Shown one piece after another: positions 9,698 to 18,208 of a stretch of 64,000 nt of DNA; position 1 is the stretch's first letter; each line of letters begins with the position of its first letter. The notes below the pieces were generated by a model. The model was given only the letters and a program-made list of their open reading frames with translations. It had not been told where the DNA came from and did not search any database. Both the position numbers and the translations under genes were made by a program. The stretch spans positions 1,579,465 to 1,643,464 of the forward strand of contig OZ241855.1 in assembly GCA_965202785.1 (NCBI GenBank), given 5' to 3'. This DNA is from Thermodesulfobacteriota bacterium. GTDB taxonomy: Bacteria > Desulfobacterota_D > UBA1144 > Nemesobacterales > Nemesobacteraceae.

Positions 9698-10165
9698 ATG
9701 GGAAAAGAGCTATGGATTGCCGAGTTCTACGAAAAGGAAAAGGTCCCGGCTGACTCGGATAAAACATGCGAAGAAAGGGAGAAGGTCTCGGATTTTCTCC
9801 GCCGCGGCTTTGAGACCTGCGTTGAGTCTTTGAATGAAGAACATGGCCAAGACGCAATCAGCGTAATTGCTTCGCCTCGGGGTTTTATGCATGCGGTTTT
9901 TGATGCTGATGTAGAGACTGGAGGTTTTTTGCTGCTTTTCGGAACCTCGAAACTGGTAATGGTGTTTTGCGGGGATGGAAACGCCGTTACGTTTGTCGGG
10001 AGAAAAATCGATTCCGGTTCCCAAGGCCAGAAGAAAAACTTAAAGCTTCTCGGGGCAGTCTGGGAAGAGGCAGAAGACGGAAAATATCTTTTCCGGGACA
10101 GTACGGGAGTGGAGATTGAAATCCGCGAACTTATCCTGCGGATAATCCGTTGGGGTACGGGCTAA
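9698..10165 (+). CDS. hypothetical protein
   Basis: Fills the gap between genes with normal composition; no recognisable motif. Confidence 0.6.
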   Translation: MGKELWIAEFYEKEKVPADSDKTCEEREKVSDFLRRGFETCVESLNEEHGQDAISVIASPRGFMHAVFDADVETGGFLLLFGTSKLVMVFCGDGNAVTFVGRKIDSGSQGQKKNLKLLGAVWEEAEDGKYLFRDSTGVEIEIRELILRIIRWGTG

Positions 10166-10278
10166 GGAGTAAGGACGATGTGCGTCAGAAAGGCGATGAC
10201 CATTATGAGTCCTATGAGCAGCGGTACGCCAAGGATGTAGTGAAACCCTTCTTTTTCGTGCGGTTCGAGATCAAACAT
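10162..10278 (-). CDS. 38-aa single-TM membrane protein (below the ORF-track cutoff)
   Basis: MFDLEPHEKEGFHYILGVPLLIGLIMVIAFLTHIVLTP*; TTGCAA-17-TATTCT promoter-like element ends 9 nt before the ATG. Confidence 0.55.
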   Translation of the reverse strand: MFDLEPHEKEGFHYILGVPLLIGLIMVIAFLTHIVLTP

Positions 10279-10361
10279 TACGGCGCAAGAATAACCTATG
10301 CTTTTTGTCATTGCAAAGATTTATTGAAGAGGTCCTGAAACTTTGTTAGATTGTTACGGTA

Positions 10362-11258
10362 ATGATTGAATATGTAACACCTTTTTTCCGCCCTCCAAGC
10401 GAGCACAAAAGCTTCATTCTGCAGGCCACCGTCGGCTGTTCCCATAACAAGTGCACCTATTGCGCCATGTACAGAAAGGAAACCCAGAAGTTCAGGGTAA
10501 GGACTATGGGCGAAATAAAAGAAATTATTGATGCCGCGGCAAAGAGCGGTTTACTTGAACGAAGAGTTTTCATCGCGGACGGCAACGCGCTTGTACTCTC
10601 CACGGCTAAGCTGATGGAGATAATGGATTATCTACATGAAAAAGCCCCGGATCTTGAAAGGATCACCATGTACGCGAACATAGGGGACATACTCAGGAAA
10701 TCAGTTGAAGACCTCTCGCGTCTCCGGGAAAACGGCCTCAGCATGGTCTACATAGGTTTTGAGAGCGGAGACGATGTGGTTCTCGAGAGAATAGAGAAGG
10801 GAGCGAATTTTGCCGAGACAGTTGAAGCCTCAAGAAAACTTAAGGCTTCAGGGATAATGAACTCGGTCATGGTGCTTCTCGGCATCGGCGGGAAGGACAG
10901 GAGCAGTGAACACGCCCTGGCTACCGGGAAGCTTCTTACCGAGTGTGACCCGGAGTATGTCGGGGCTCTTTCTCTCCAGCTCCGTCCCGGGGCACCGATT
11001 TACGAGCAATGGCAGGAAGGCCTGTTTGAGCTTCCGGACAAGTTCCAGATGATAGAGGAGCTTGAGACTATTGTTGAGAATACGGAGCTTTCCGACGGCT
11101 ATTTCTACTCGAATCACATATCAAATTACCTTCCCGTCAGGGCGAAATTCCCCGAGGAAAAAAACAGAGTTCTTGAAGAGATAAAAGAAGTGTTAAAGAC
11201 AAGAGACGAAGCTTTCCTTCGTCCAGATTACTACAGAGACGTGGTTAACCAGTACTGA
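10362..11258 (+). CDS. radical SAM protein of unknown function
   Basis: CSHNKCTYC (CxxxCxxC), YIGFESG. Confidence 0.92.
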   Translation: MIEYVTPFFRPPSEHKSFILQATVGCSHNKCTYCAMYRKETQKFRVRTMGEIKEIIDAAAKSGLLERRVFIADGNALVLSTAKLMEIMDYLHEKAPDLERITMYANIGDILRKSVEDLSRLRENGLSMVYIGFESGDDVVLERIEKGANFAETVEASRKLKASGIMNSVMVLLGIGGKDRSSEHALATGKLLTECDPEYVGALSLQLRPGAPIYEQWQEGLFELPDKFQMIEELETIVENTELSDGYFYSNHISNYLPVRAKFPEEKNRVLEEIKEVLKTRDEAFLRPDYYRDVVNQY

Positions 11259-11280
11259 AAAAAAACTCAAGGAGGCTAAA

Positions 11281-12213
11281 ATGGGAAAAATTGCAACAAC
11301 TTCACCGGTTTGGGGATGCAGTGTGAGTGACCTTAGAGCACTTGCAGGAATTACTGAAGAAGCGGGTTTTGACGGTATCTTCTCTCCCGAGGTACCGCCT
11401 TACAACGCCATAACGAACGCTCAGGTGTTTGCGGAGTGCACCGAGAGGGTAAATGTCGGAACGTGGATAGCCAATATATACATGCGCCAGCCTGTAATGG
11501 CTACCGCGACTGCGCTTACGATACAGGAAATAACCGGGGGAAGGATGATTCTCGGACTCGGAGTCAGCCACAAGCCCGTTAACAACAGATACGACATAGA
11601 CATGGGAGACCCGATTGAGGCGATGAGGGACTATGTCGGGGAAGTGAGGGCCTTTGCCGACGGAACGTCTCCCAGGCTTTCTCTTAAAAGACCAACTGAT
11701 CTCCCAGTCCATATAGCGGGACTTACCAAGGCCGCAGCGGAGCTTGCCGGAGAGGTCGCCGACGGCATAATGCCGTATCTATGCCCTCCCGCTTATATCG
11801 CTACCTTAAAAGAGCATGTTGCCGCGGGTGCCGCGAAAGCGGAAAGGGATTCCTCAACCATATCAATTACAAACGGCATTCCGTCCTTTGTCTCGGATGA
11901 TGGAGCCGCGGCCGTCGCCGCAGCCAAAAGAGGGCTCGGTCCATACGCCAGGTTTCCTTTTTACCAGAGACTCATAAGGAACATAGGTTTCGGGGATATA
12001 ATCGACCAGGTGCAGGACGGAGCGAATCCGGCCGAAGTTTTCACGGACGAACTGATAGATTCAGTAGCGCTTGCCGGTACGCCCGATGACTGCAAGAAAA
12101 AGCTTGAGGAGCATTTCGCAGCTGGAGTCGATCTTGCAATATTGGTTCCCGGACCAGTAGGAAAACAAAGTAATATAGAGGTAATGGAGATAACAGCTAA
12201 AGCGTATTCTTAA
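11281..12213 (+). CDS. LLM-class (luciferase-like) flavin/F420-dependent oxidoreductase
   Basis: EEAGFD, TERVNVGT, GGRMILGLGVS, AGEVADG, GTPDDC. Confidence 0.9.
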   Translation: MGKIATTSPVWGCSVSDLRALAGITEEAGFDGIFSPEVPPYNAITNAQVFAECTERVNVGTWIANIYMRQPVMATATALTIQEITGGRMILGLGVSHKPVNNRYDIDMGDPIEAMRDYVGEVRAFADGTSPRLSLKRPTDLPVHIAGLTKAAAELAGEVADGIMPYLCPPAYIATLKEHVAAGAAKAERDSSTISITNGIPSFVSDDGAAAVAAAKRGLGPYARFPFYQRLIRNIGFGDIIDQVQDGANPAEVFTDELIDSVALAGTPDDCKKKLEEHFAAGVDLAILVPGPVGKQSNIEVMEITAKAYS

Positions 12214-12226
12214 GTTTTTCACAGAT

Positions 12227-12270
12227 CAAAAGAGCGGAAGATAATCAAATGCTTTCCGCTCTTTTGCTTT
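12227..12270 (+). terminator. rho-independent terminator
   Basis: CAAAAGAGCGGAA...TTCCGCTCTTTTG stem followed by CTTTT. Confidence 0.8.
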
Positions 12271-12350
12271 TCCGTCACCTGTATTTCTTTCAGCAATCAA
12301 TCGTTTTTTCAGGGCCCGCCGCAGAAATTTGAATTTTTTCACGTGCGCGG

Positions 12351-12379
12351 TTGTGAACAAAATTTTAGGAAAGTATAAT
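12351..12379 (+). promoter_or_regulatory. sigma70 promoter upstream of nuoM
   Basis: TTGTGA-17bp-TATAAT. Confidence 0.6.
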
Positions 12380-12418
12380 TAGGGCAATTTTATTCTCTTT
12401 GCTTCGGTCCGCCTGAAC

Positions 12419-13978
12419 GTGAGTCTCGATAATAACATTTTGTCACTGCTCATATTTTTTCCCCTTCTGGGAGCTGTCGTGCTCGCGGTTCTGCCGTATT
12501 TCGAGAAAGTTTCCGATTACCAGTTAAAAGCGGTTGCGTTTGTAATAACCCTGGTAGAATTCCTGATATCCCTTCCTCTTTTTTTCCGCTTTAACGGTTC
12601 GCTTTCCACGATGCAGTTTGAAGAGAAGATTCCCTGGCTTACGGATCTCGGGGTGTCTTATCATCTGGGAGTCGACGGTCTTAGCCTTTTGCTCGTGCTT
12701 CTAACGACCTTTCTTTTTCCGATCACGGTTCTTTGCTCCTGGAACGCGATAAGAGGCGGATGGAGAGCGTTTCTTTGCCTTACTCTTTTTCTTGAATCGG
12801 CGCTAATCGGGACCTTCGCCGCGCTGGACATGATTCTCTTCTTTATATTCTGGGAAGCGGTACTGATTCCCATGTATTTCATCATAGGAATCTGGGGATC
12901 CTCCAGAAGAATTTACGCGGCAATAAAGTTCTTCATCTACACTGCTCTTGGAAGCGGACTCATGCTGGTCGCGATCATCTACATGTACTACGCACACATA
13001 GACCAGTTCGGCTTTGCGTCAATGAACCTTTTTGATCTCCAGAGGACCAGTCTTGCTTTTGACGGCATACTGAGTCCCCAGGGGCTTGTGTTTCTGGCGT
13101 TTTTCCTGGCCTTCGCAATCAAGGTTCCGATGTTTCCATTTCACACCTGGCTCCCCGACGCGCACGTTGAGGCCCCCACGCCCGGAAGCGTAATACTTGC
13201 CGGCGTTCTGCTTAAGATGGGAACCTACGCGGTGATAAGATTTCTCATTCCGTTTTTCCCCGAAGCGATAGATGCGTACACCGGTGTTCTCATAGCCCTG
13301 TCGATCACCGGGATAATCTACGGAGCGATGGTGGCCTTCATGCAGACGGATCTCAAGAAGCTGGTCGCCTATTCAAGCGTAAGTCACATGGGGCTTATAA
13401 TGCTGGGAGTGTTCGTCTTCAATCTCCACGGCGTACAGGGCGGTGTCTACCAGATGATAGGTCACGGTCTCTCAACCGGAGCTCTGTTTATTCTCGTCGG
13501 AATGATATACGAAAGACGTCACACTAAAATGATTTCCGAGTTCGGCGGACTCGCGAAGGTAATGCCGATCTACGCGCTGTTTTTCATGATTGCCATGCTC
13601 TCTTCGATAGGGCTTCCTCTCCTAAACGGCTTCATAGGGGAATTTCTGATTCTGCTTGGAGTGTTCGCGGAGAGTTACTGGTACGCGGCGCTTGGAGCTA
13701 CGGGGCTTGTCCTCGGAGCCGTTTACATGCTCTGGGCATACCAAAGGGTGATGTTCGGACCTATAGTAAAGAAAATAAACGCGGGGCTTGCGGATCTTAA
13801 TCCCAGAGAGATAGCCCTCATGATTCCTCTTGCCATTATGATATTTCTCATGGGGATCTACCCGCAGCCTTTTCTCTCAAAAATGGAACCTACGATAACA
13901 AGAATGGTAGACGGAACTCGGCAGGAAGCTTTCCGCGCGGACGCCGCAGTACCCGAGATCCGGAAAAACAGGCCTTAG
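12419..13978 (+). CDS. nuoM: NADH-quinone oxidoreductase subunit M
   Basis: Multi-TM protein; FWEAVLIPMY, KVPMFPFHTWLPDAHVEAP, LLKMG, AYSSVSHMG. Confidence 0.93.
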   Translation: MSLDNNILSLLIFFPLLGAVVLAVLPYFEKVSDYQLKAVAFVITLVEFLISLPLFFRFNGSLSTMQFEEKIPWLTDLGVSYHLGVDGLSLLLVLLTTFLFPITVLCSWNAIRGGWRAFLCLTLFLESALIGTFAALDMILFFIFWEAVLIPMYFIIGIWGSSRRIYAAIKFFIYTALGSGLMLVAIIYMYYAHIDQFGFASMNLFDLQRTSLAFDGILSPQGLVFLAFFLAFAIKVPMFPFHTWLPDAHVEAPTPGSVILAGVLLKMGTYAVIRFLIPFFPEAIDAYTGVLIALSITGIIYGAMVAFMQTDLKKLVAYSSVSHMGLIMLGVFVFNLHGVQGGVYQMIGHGLSTGALFILVGMIYERRHTKMISEFGGLAKVMPIYALFFMIAMLSSIGLPLLNGFIGEFLILLGVFAESYWYAALGATGLVLGAVYMLWAYQRVMFGPIVKKINAGLADLNPREIALMIPLAIMIFLMGIYPQPFLSKMEPTITRMVDGTRQEAFRADAAVPEIRKNRP

Positions 13979-14028
13979 GGTTATGGCCGTCTCTCAGGTA
14001 AAGCTGGTTGCCAGCCTGATCAGAACCG

Positions 14029-14451
14029 ATGTCTTTTAAAAAGCTCATAACGAAAAAAGTCGAGTTTTCCGCTTCTCACAGGTACTGGAACAAAGACTGG
14101 AGCGAGGAGAAAAACCGCGAATTCTACGGTAAATCAAGCCTGCCCGGCGGACACGGGCATAATTTCATGCTTGAAGTCACTGTGGAAGGAGAGATAAACC
14201 CGGAGACGGGCATGATAATCAATCTCTTTGATCTCAAGCAGATCGTTTCATCGGTTCTGGCTGATTTCGACCACAAGAACCTAAACGAGGACAATCCCCG
14301 TTTTCAGGACCTTATACCGACGACGGAGAACATAGCCAAGATTCTGTGGGAGGTAATTGAAGAGAAAATCATTGAAAGAGATGATTGTCGCCTTTACAAA
14401 ATAAGGGTGTATGAAACAGACGATCTTTTCGTCGACTACCGCAAATGCTAG
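14029..14451 (+). CDS. 6-pyruvoyl-tetrahydropterin synthase family protein, Cys->Ser variant
   Basis: FSASHR, GKSSLPGGHGHNF, DHKNLN, TTEN, VYET. Confidence 0.88.
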   Translation: MSFKKLITKKVEFSASHRYWNKDWSEEKNREFYGKSSLPGGHGHNFMLEVTVEGEINPETGMIINLFDLKQIVSSVLADFDHKNLNEDNPRFQDLIPTTENIAKILWEVIEEKIIERDDCRLYKIRVYETDDLFVDYRKC

Positions 14452-14876
14452 AGAGAAAAGAACAGGTAATTCTTACGAGAGTATTCAGGTTTTCCGCAAG
14501 CCACAGGCTTTTTATGGAAGGATTGTCCGAAGAAGAGAACTTCGCCATATTTGACAAATGCGCAAATCCCGCAGGACACGGACACGACTACACGGTGGAA
14601 GTGGGAATAAGGGGAGAAATAGACGGCGAAACGGGTATGGTCATAAACCGCGTCGATTTTGAAAAACGGGCAGTCCCCATAATCGAAGAACTCAACTATA
14701 AGTGGATAGACAGGGATATCAATTTCTTTGAGGAAAACATATCGACTGTTGAGAATATAGGAAAATACCTGTGGCAGAAATTCACGGAAATCATCCCGGA
14801 CAGGCTTGATAGTATAAAGATATGGGAAAACCCGAAAAGTTATTTTGAGTATTTCGAGGAAAAACAAGATGGATGA
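14445..14876 (+). CDS. 6-pyruvoyl-tetrahydropterin synthase (PTPS-II-type CX5HGH motif)
   Basis: FSASHR, CANPAGHGH, STVEN, IWEN. Confidence 0.88.
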   Translation: MLERKEQVILTRVFRFSASHRLFMEGLSEEENFAIFDKCANPAGHGHDYTVEVGIRGEIDGETGMVINRVDFEKRAVPIIEELNYKWIDRDINFFEENISTVENIGKYLWQKFTEIIPDRLDSIKIWENPKSYFEYFEEKQDG

Positions 14877-15573
14877 AAAAGTCGTGGTTGTGACTGGTGC
14901 GACAAGAGGAATAGGAAAAGCAATCGCAGTTGAATTGCTCGAGGCGGGATTTTTTACGGCGCTCTGCTCAAGAAATCTCCAGACTACGGCTTCTCTTGAA
15001 ACTGAAATATCGTCTTCTGCAGGAAATTTCATGATTTCCTCCGTCGATATCTCGGTCGAGGAGGAAGTCGAAAGATTCATTTCAAGCGTCGCTGAAAAAA
15101 AGGGACAGATTGACGTACTGATCAATAACGCAGGCGTAGTCTACACCGGTCCGGTAGAAAAAACCGACACCGAGCAATGGGATGAAATGATGGCCGTAAA
15201 TGCAAAAGGAACCTTTCTCATGGTAAAACATACGCTTCCGCTTATGCCAAGAGGAGGCCACATTGTAAATATCGGCTCGAACGCTTCAAAAAAAGGCTTT
15301 CCCGGGTGGGCAGCCTACTGCGCTTCAAAGTTCGCTGTCTTGGGTTTTACCAACTCACTTAGAGAAGAGGTAAGAGACAGGGGAATAAAGGTTTCCGCCG
15401 TCTTGCCAGGTCCGACCAAAACAGATATATGGGATTCTCTTGGGGGAGAGTGGAACAGGGCAAAGATGATGTCTCCTGAAATTACAGCGAAAACAGTCCT
15501 GTCGGTCATAAACCAGCCCCGCGAAGCGAATATAGACGAAATTGATATAGTTCCATCCACGGGTAGTTTATAA
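14869..15573 (+). CDS. SDR oxidoreductase, sepiapterin-reductase-like
   Basis: TGATRGIG, NNAG, YCASK; overlaps the PTPS stop codon. Confidence 0.85.
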   Translation: MDEKVVVVTGATRGIGKAIAVELLEAGFFTALCSRNLQTTASLETEISSSAGNFMISSVDISVEEEVERFISSVAEKKGQIDVLINNAGVVYTGPVEKTDTEQWDEMMAVNAKGTFLMVKHTLPLMPRGGHIVNIGSNASKKGFPGWAAYCASKFAVLGFTNSLREEVRDRGIKVSAVLPGPTKTDIWDSLGGEWNRAKMMSPEITAKTVLSVINQPREANIDEIDIVPSTGSL

Positions 15574-15602
15574 TTACGAGAGACCGGTCCCGGAAAAAGC
15601 AG

Positions 15603-16931
15603 ATGGTAGAGATAGTTTCAGTCGGAATCAGCTACAAGACAACCCCTGTGGAAGTGAGGGAGAAATTCTCCTTTTCTGATGCGGATATCAGGGAAGCACT
15701 CGGAATCCTCCGTTTAAGAGAAAACGTGCTTGAATGCTTCATAGTGTCCACCTGTAACCGCGTTGAGATCTATGCGGTGACCGAGAACCGTGGAAAATGC
15801 GAAGAGGAAATAAGGTCCTTTCTTCTGGATTTCCACAAGCTTGCGGACAGAAAACTCTCTCCCTATATGCATACCCGCGTGGGGTCCGATGCGGTTAGAC
15901 ATCTTTTCAGGGTAGCGGCCAGCATTGACTCCATGGTAATCGGAGAAACCCAGATCCTGAACCAACTCAAAAACTCATATAGCCTGGCGCGTTCCGAGAA
16001 TACGGTCGGACTCATACTCAACAGACTCTTTAACAGGGCTTTTTTCGCCGGGAAAAAAGTTAGAGCCGAAACGGGGATCTCATCTCAAGCGGTCTCGATA
16101 AGTTACCTTGGGGTGGAGCTTGCAAAAAGAATATTCGAGAACCTCGCAAACCGCACCGCCATGCTGGTGGGAACCGGGGAAATGGGAGAACTTTTCGCAA
16201 AACATCTTATCTCAAGCAACATAAAAGAACTCTATGTAACAAGCAGAAATTTCCATAATGCAGAAAAACTTTCGCAATCCCTAAAAGGCAAGTCCATCAG
16301 GTTTGAAGAGATGCTTTACCGTCTTAAAGACATTGATATTCTTGTTACCGCGACCGGGTCTTCTGATTACATAATAAGAAGTGAACACGTAAAACAGTCC
16401 CTCAAGCTCAGGAAAAACGATCCGATCTTCATGATCGATATAGCTGTCCCGCGTGATATAGATCCTAAGATAAACAGAATTCCCGGGGTTTACCTCTACG
16501 ACATAGACGACCTGAGAGTTGTCCAGGGTGAGAACTTGAATTCCAGAAAGGAAAACCTCAAGAAAGCCGAAGAAATAGTTCTGAACGTGGAGAAAGGTTT
16601 TACGGACTGGATGGAGAGCCTTAAGGTCTTTCCCGTCATAATCGACATCAAGCAAAAATTCGAGAAAATAAAAAAGACCGAGGTTGAGAAGGCGCTTCGA
16701 AAAATCGAGGGCGGTACCGGAGCGCAGGAAGAGATCCTGGAGAGCCTGGCGAACTCCATAATCGGAAAAATATTTCACGACCCGGTCACCAACCTAAAGA
16801 AGAGAACGTCCGGTTACGAAGCGGCTCTTTACTCCGAGGTAACGAGAAGGCTTTTTGAGCTCGACCCGGTGGATGCCTCGCAGGACGTAACAGATATTTA
16901 TGACGAAGCTGAGAATTGGGACCAGGGGTAG
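15603..16931 (+). CDS. hemA: glutamyl-tRNA reductase
   Basis: STCNRVEIY, SMVIGETQI, DIAVPRD. Confidence 0.96.
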   Translation: MVEIVSVGISYKTTPVEVREKFSFSDADIREALGILRLRENVLECFIVSTCNRVEIYAVTENRGKCEEEIRSFLLDFHKLADRKLSPYMHTRVGSDAVRHLFRVAASIDSMVIGETQILNQLKNSYSLARSENTVGLILNRLFNRAFFAGKKVRAETGISSQAVSISYLGVELAKRIFENLANRTAMLVGTGEMGELFAKHLISSNIKELYVTSRNFHNAEKLSQSLKGKSIRFEEMLYRLKDIDILVTATGSSDYIIRSEHVKQSLKLRKNDPIFMIDIAVPRDIDPKINRIPGVYLYDIDDLRVVQGENLNSRKENLKKAEEIVLNVEKGFTDWMESLKVFPVIIDIKQKFEKIKKTEVEKALRKIEGGTGAQEEILESLANSIIGKIFHDPVTNLKKRTSGYEAALYSEVTRRLFELDPVDASQDVTDIYDEAENWDQG

Positions 16932-17796
16932 CAGGCTCGCCCTGTTCCAGGCCCGCCTAGTCGAAACGGAACTTCGCACTGCATTCCCTTCACTTGAAAC
17001 GGAAATAAAGGAAATAAAAACTTTGGGGGATATAAACCCCAAAGAAGATATCTCCCGGATGGGCGGCAAGGGCGTCTTCGTAAAGGAAATCGAACAGAGC
17101 CTTCTCTCTGGTGAGGTAGACATTGCCGTTCACAGCATGAAGGACATGCCCTCGGTTCTTCCGGACGGGCTCGTCGTAGGCTCTGTGCTTAAAAGAGAAG
17201 ACCCGAGAGATGTTTTTATCTCAGCGGACGGCCGCACCCTTGAGCAACTCGGAGGAAAGGGCAGGGTGGGGACCGGAAGCATAAGAAGAAGAGCTCAACT
17301 GCTTTTCAGGTTTCCTAACCTCGAAGTCGTTCCCATAAGGGGAAATGTCGATACTAGACTAAAGAAAATTTTCTCAGAAAACCTTGACGGAATCGTTCTG
17401 GCCGCAGCGGGACTCAACCGGCTCGGGCTTTCCGAACGCATTACCCAGCATCTTGCGCAGGATTACATGGTTCCGGCTCCATGTCAGGGAATAATCGCCA
17501 TAGAATGCAGAAAAGATGATACGGAAACCAGAAACCTGATATCCGCAATCACGCACGCAGACACAGAAACCGTAGCGGCATTTGAACGCTCTTTTCTAGA
17601 AACTTTTGGCGGAGACTGTCAAATTCCGCTTGGATGCTGCGCGCGAGTGCATCTTGGAAAAATATCGGCACATTCTGTTTTTATAGATATGGAGGAAAAG
17701 ACAGTTTCCAAGAACACTTGGAAGTGCGATTCGGAAAAAGCATCCGCTGAAGGATCCCTTATGGCCAAGGACCTTATGGAACGGGCAGGGCTTTAA
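16900..17796 (+). CDS. hemC: hydroxymethylbilane synthase
   Basis: GTRGSRLA, GKGVFVKE, VHSMKD, GGDCQIP. Confidence 0.96.
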   Translation: MTKLRIGTRGSRLALFQARLVETELRTAFPSLETEIKEIKTLGDINPKEDISRMGGKGVFVKEIEQSLLSGEVDIAVHSMKDMPSVLPDGLVVGSVLKREDPRDVFISADGRTLEQLGGKGRVGTGSIRRRAQLLFRFPNLEVVPIRGNVDTRLKKIFSENLDGIVLAAAGLNRLGLSERITQHLAQDYMVPAPCQGIIAIECRKDDTETRNLISAITHADTETVAAFERSFLETFGGDCQIPLGCCARVHLGKISAHSVFIDMEEKTVSKNTWKCDSEKASAEGSLMAKDLMERAGL

Positions 17797-17906
17797 CGGC
17801 AAAATCCCCCTAGAGTTTAAAATCTGGTTGTTTCAGATCCTCTTCCCGGCATCTACCGGCACAGGACCCGGGAACAAAAGTCAGCATAACCCCAAAGGTG
17901 TTTTGC

Positions 17907-17934
17907 TTGACATAATCGGTGTCTTGATTACAGT
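17907..17934 (+). promoter_or_regulatory. promoter of the tRNA gene
   Basis: TTGACA-16bp-TACAGT, about 20 nt upstream of the tRNA. Confidence 0.55.
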
Positions 17935-17954
17935 TTTCGGTTCATTGCTTCTGT

Positions 17955-18031
<77 letters not shown>

Positions 18032-18208
18032 ATCCACTGCTCTATAGCCTTTTTGAGAATTGCAATCACCCCTTCACAGCATTACTCTGAGAAATTCACG
18101 ATGCTAATGGGGGATTCTTGTTTCTTTTTTAAGCCTGCTCGGGTTATAATTTGCCATTAAGAGGGTTCTTTTTCGAACCCTAACTTCCGTAAAAAGGGTG
18201 GTATCTCT

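Noticed and set aside
10162-10278. light-harvesting antenna (LH alpha/beta) peptide
   Set aside because: The AxxxH pattern is present, but His spacing is 20 rather than 18, there is no C-terminal Trp motif, and no photosynthesis genes are present
14029-14876. queD (queuosine pathway) assignment
   Set aside because: Motif spacing is X5-HGH rather than CX3HGH, and no queC/queE/queF is adjacent
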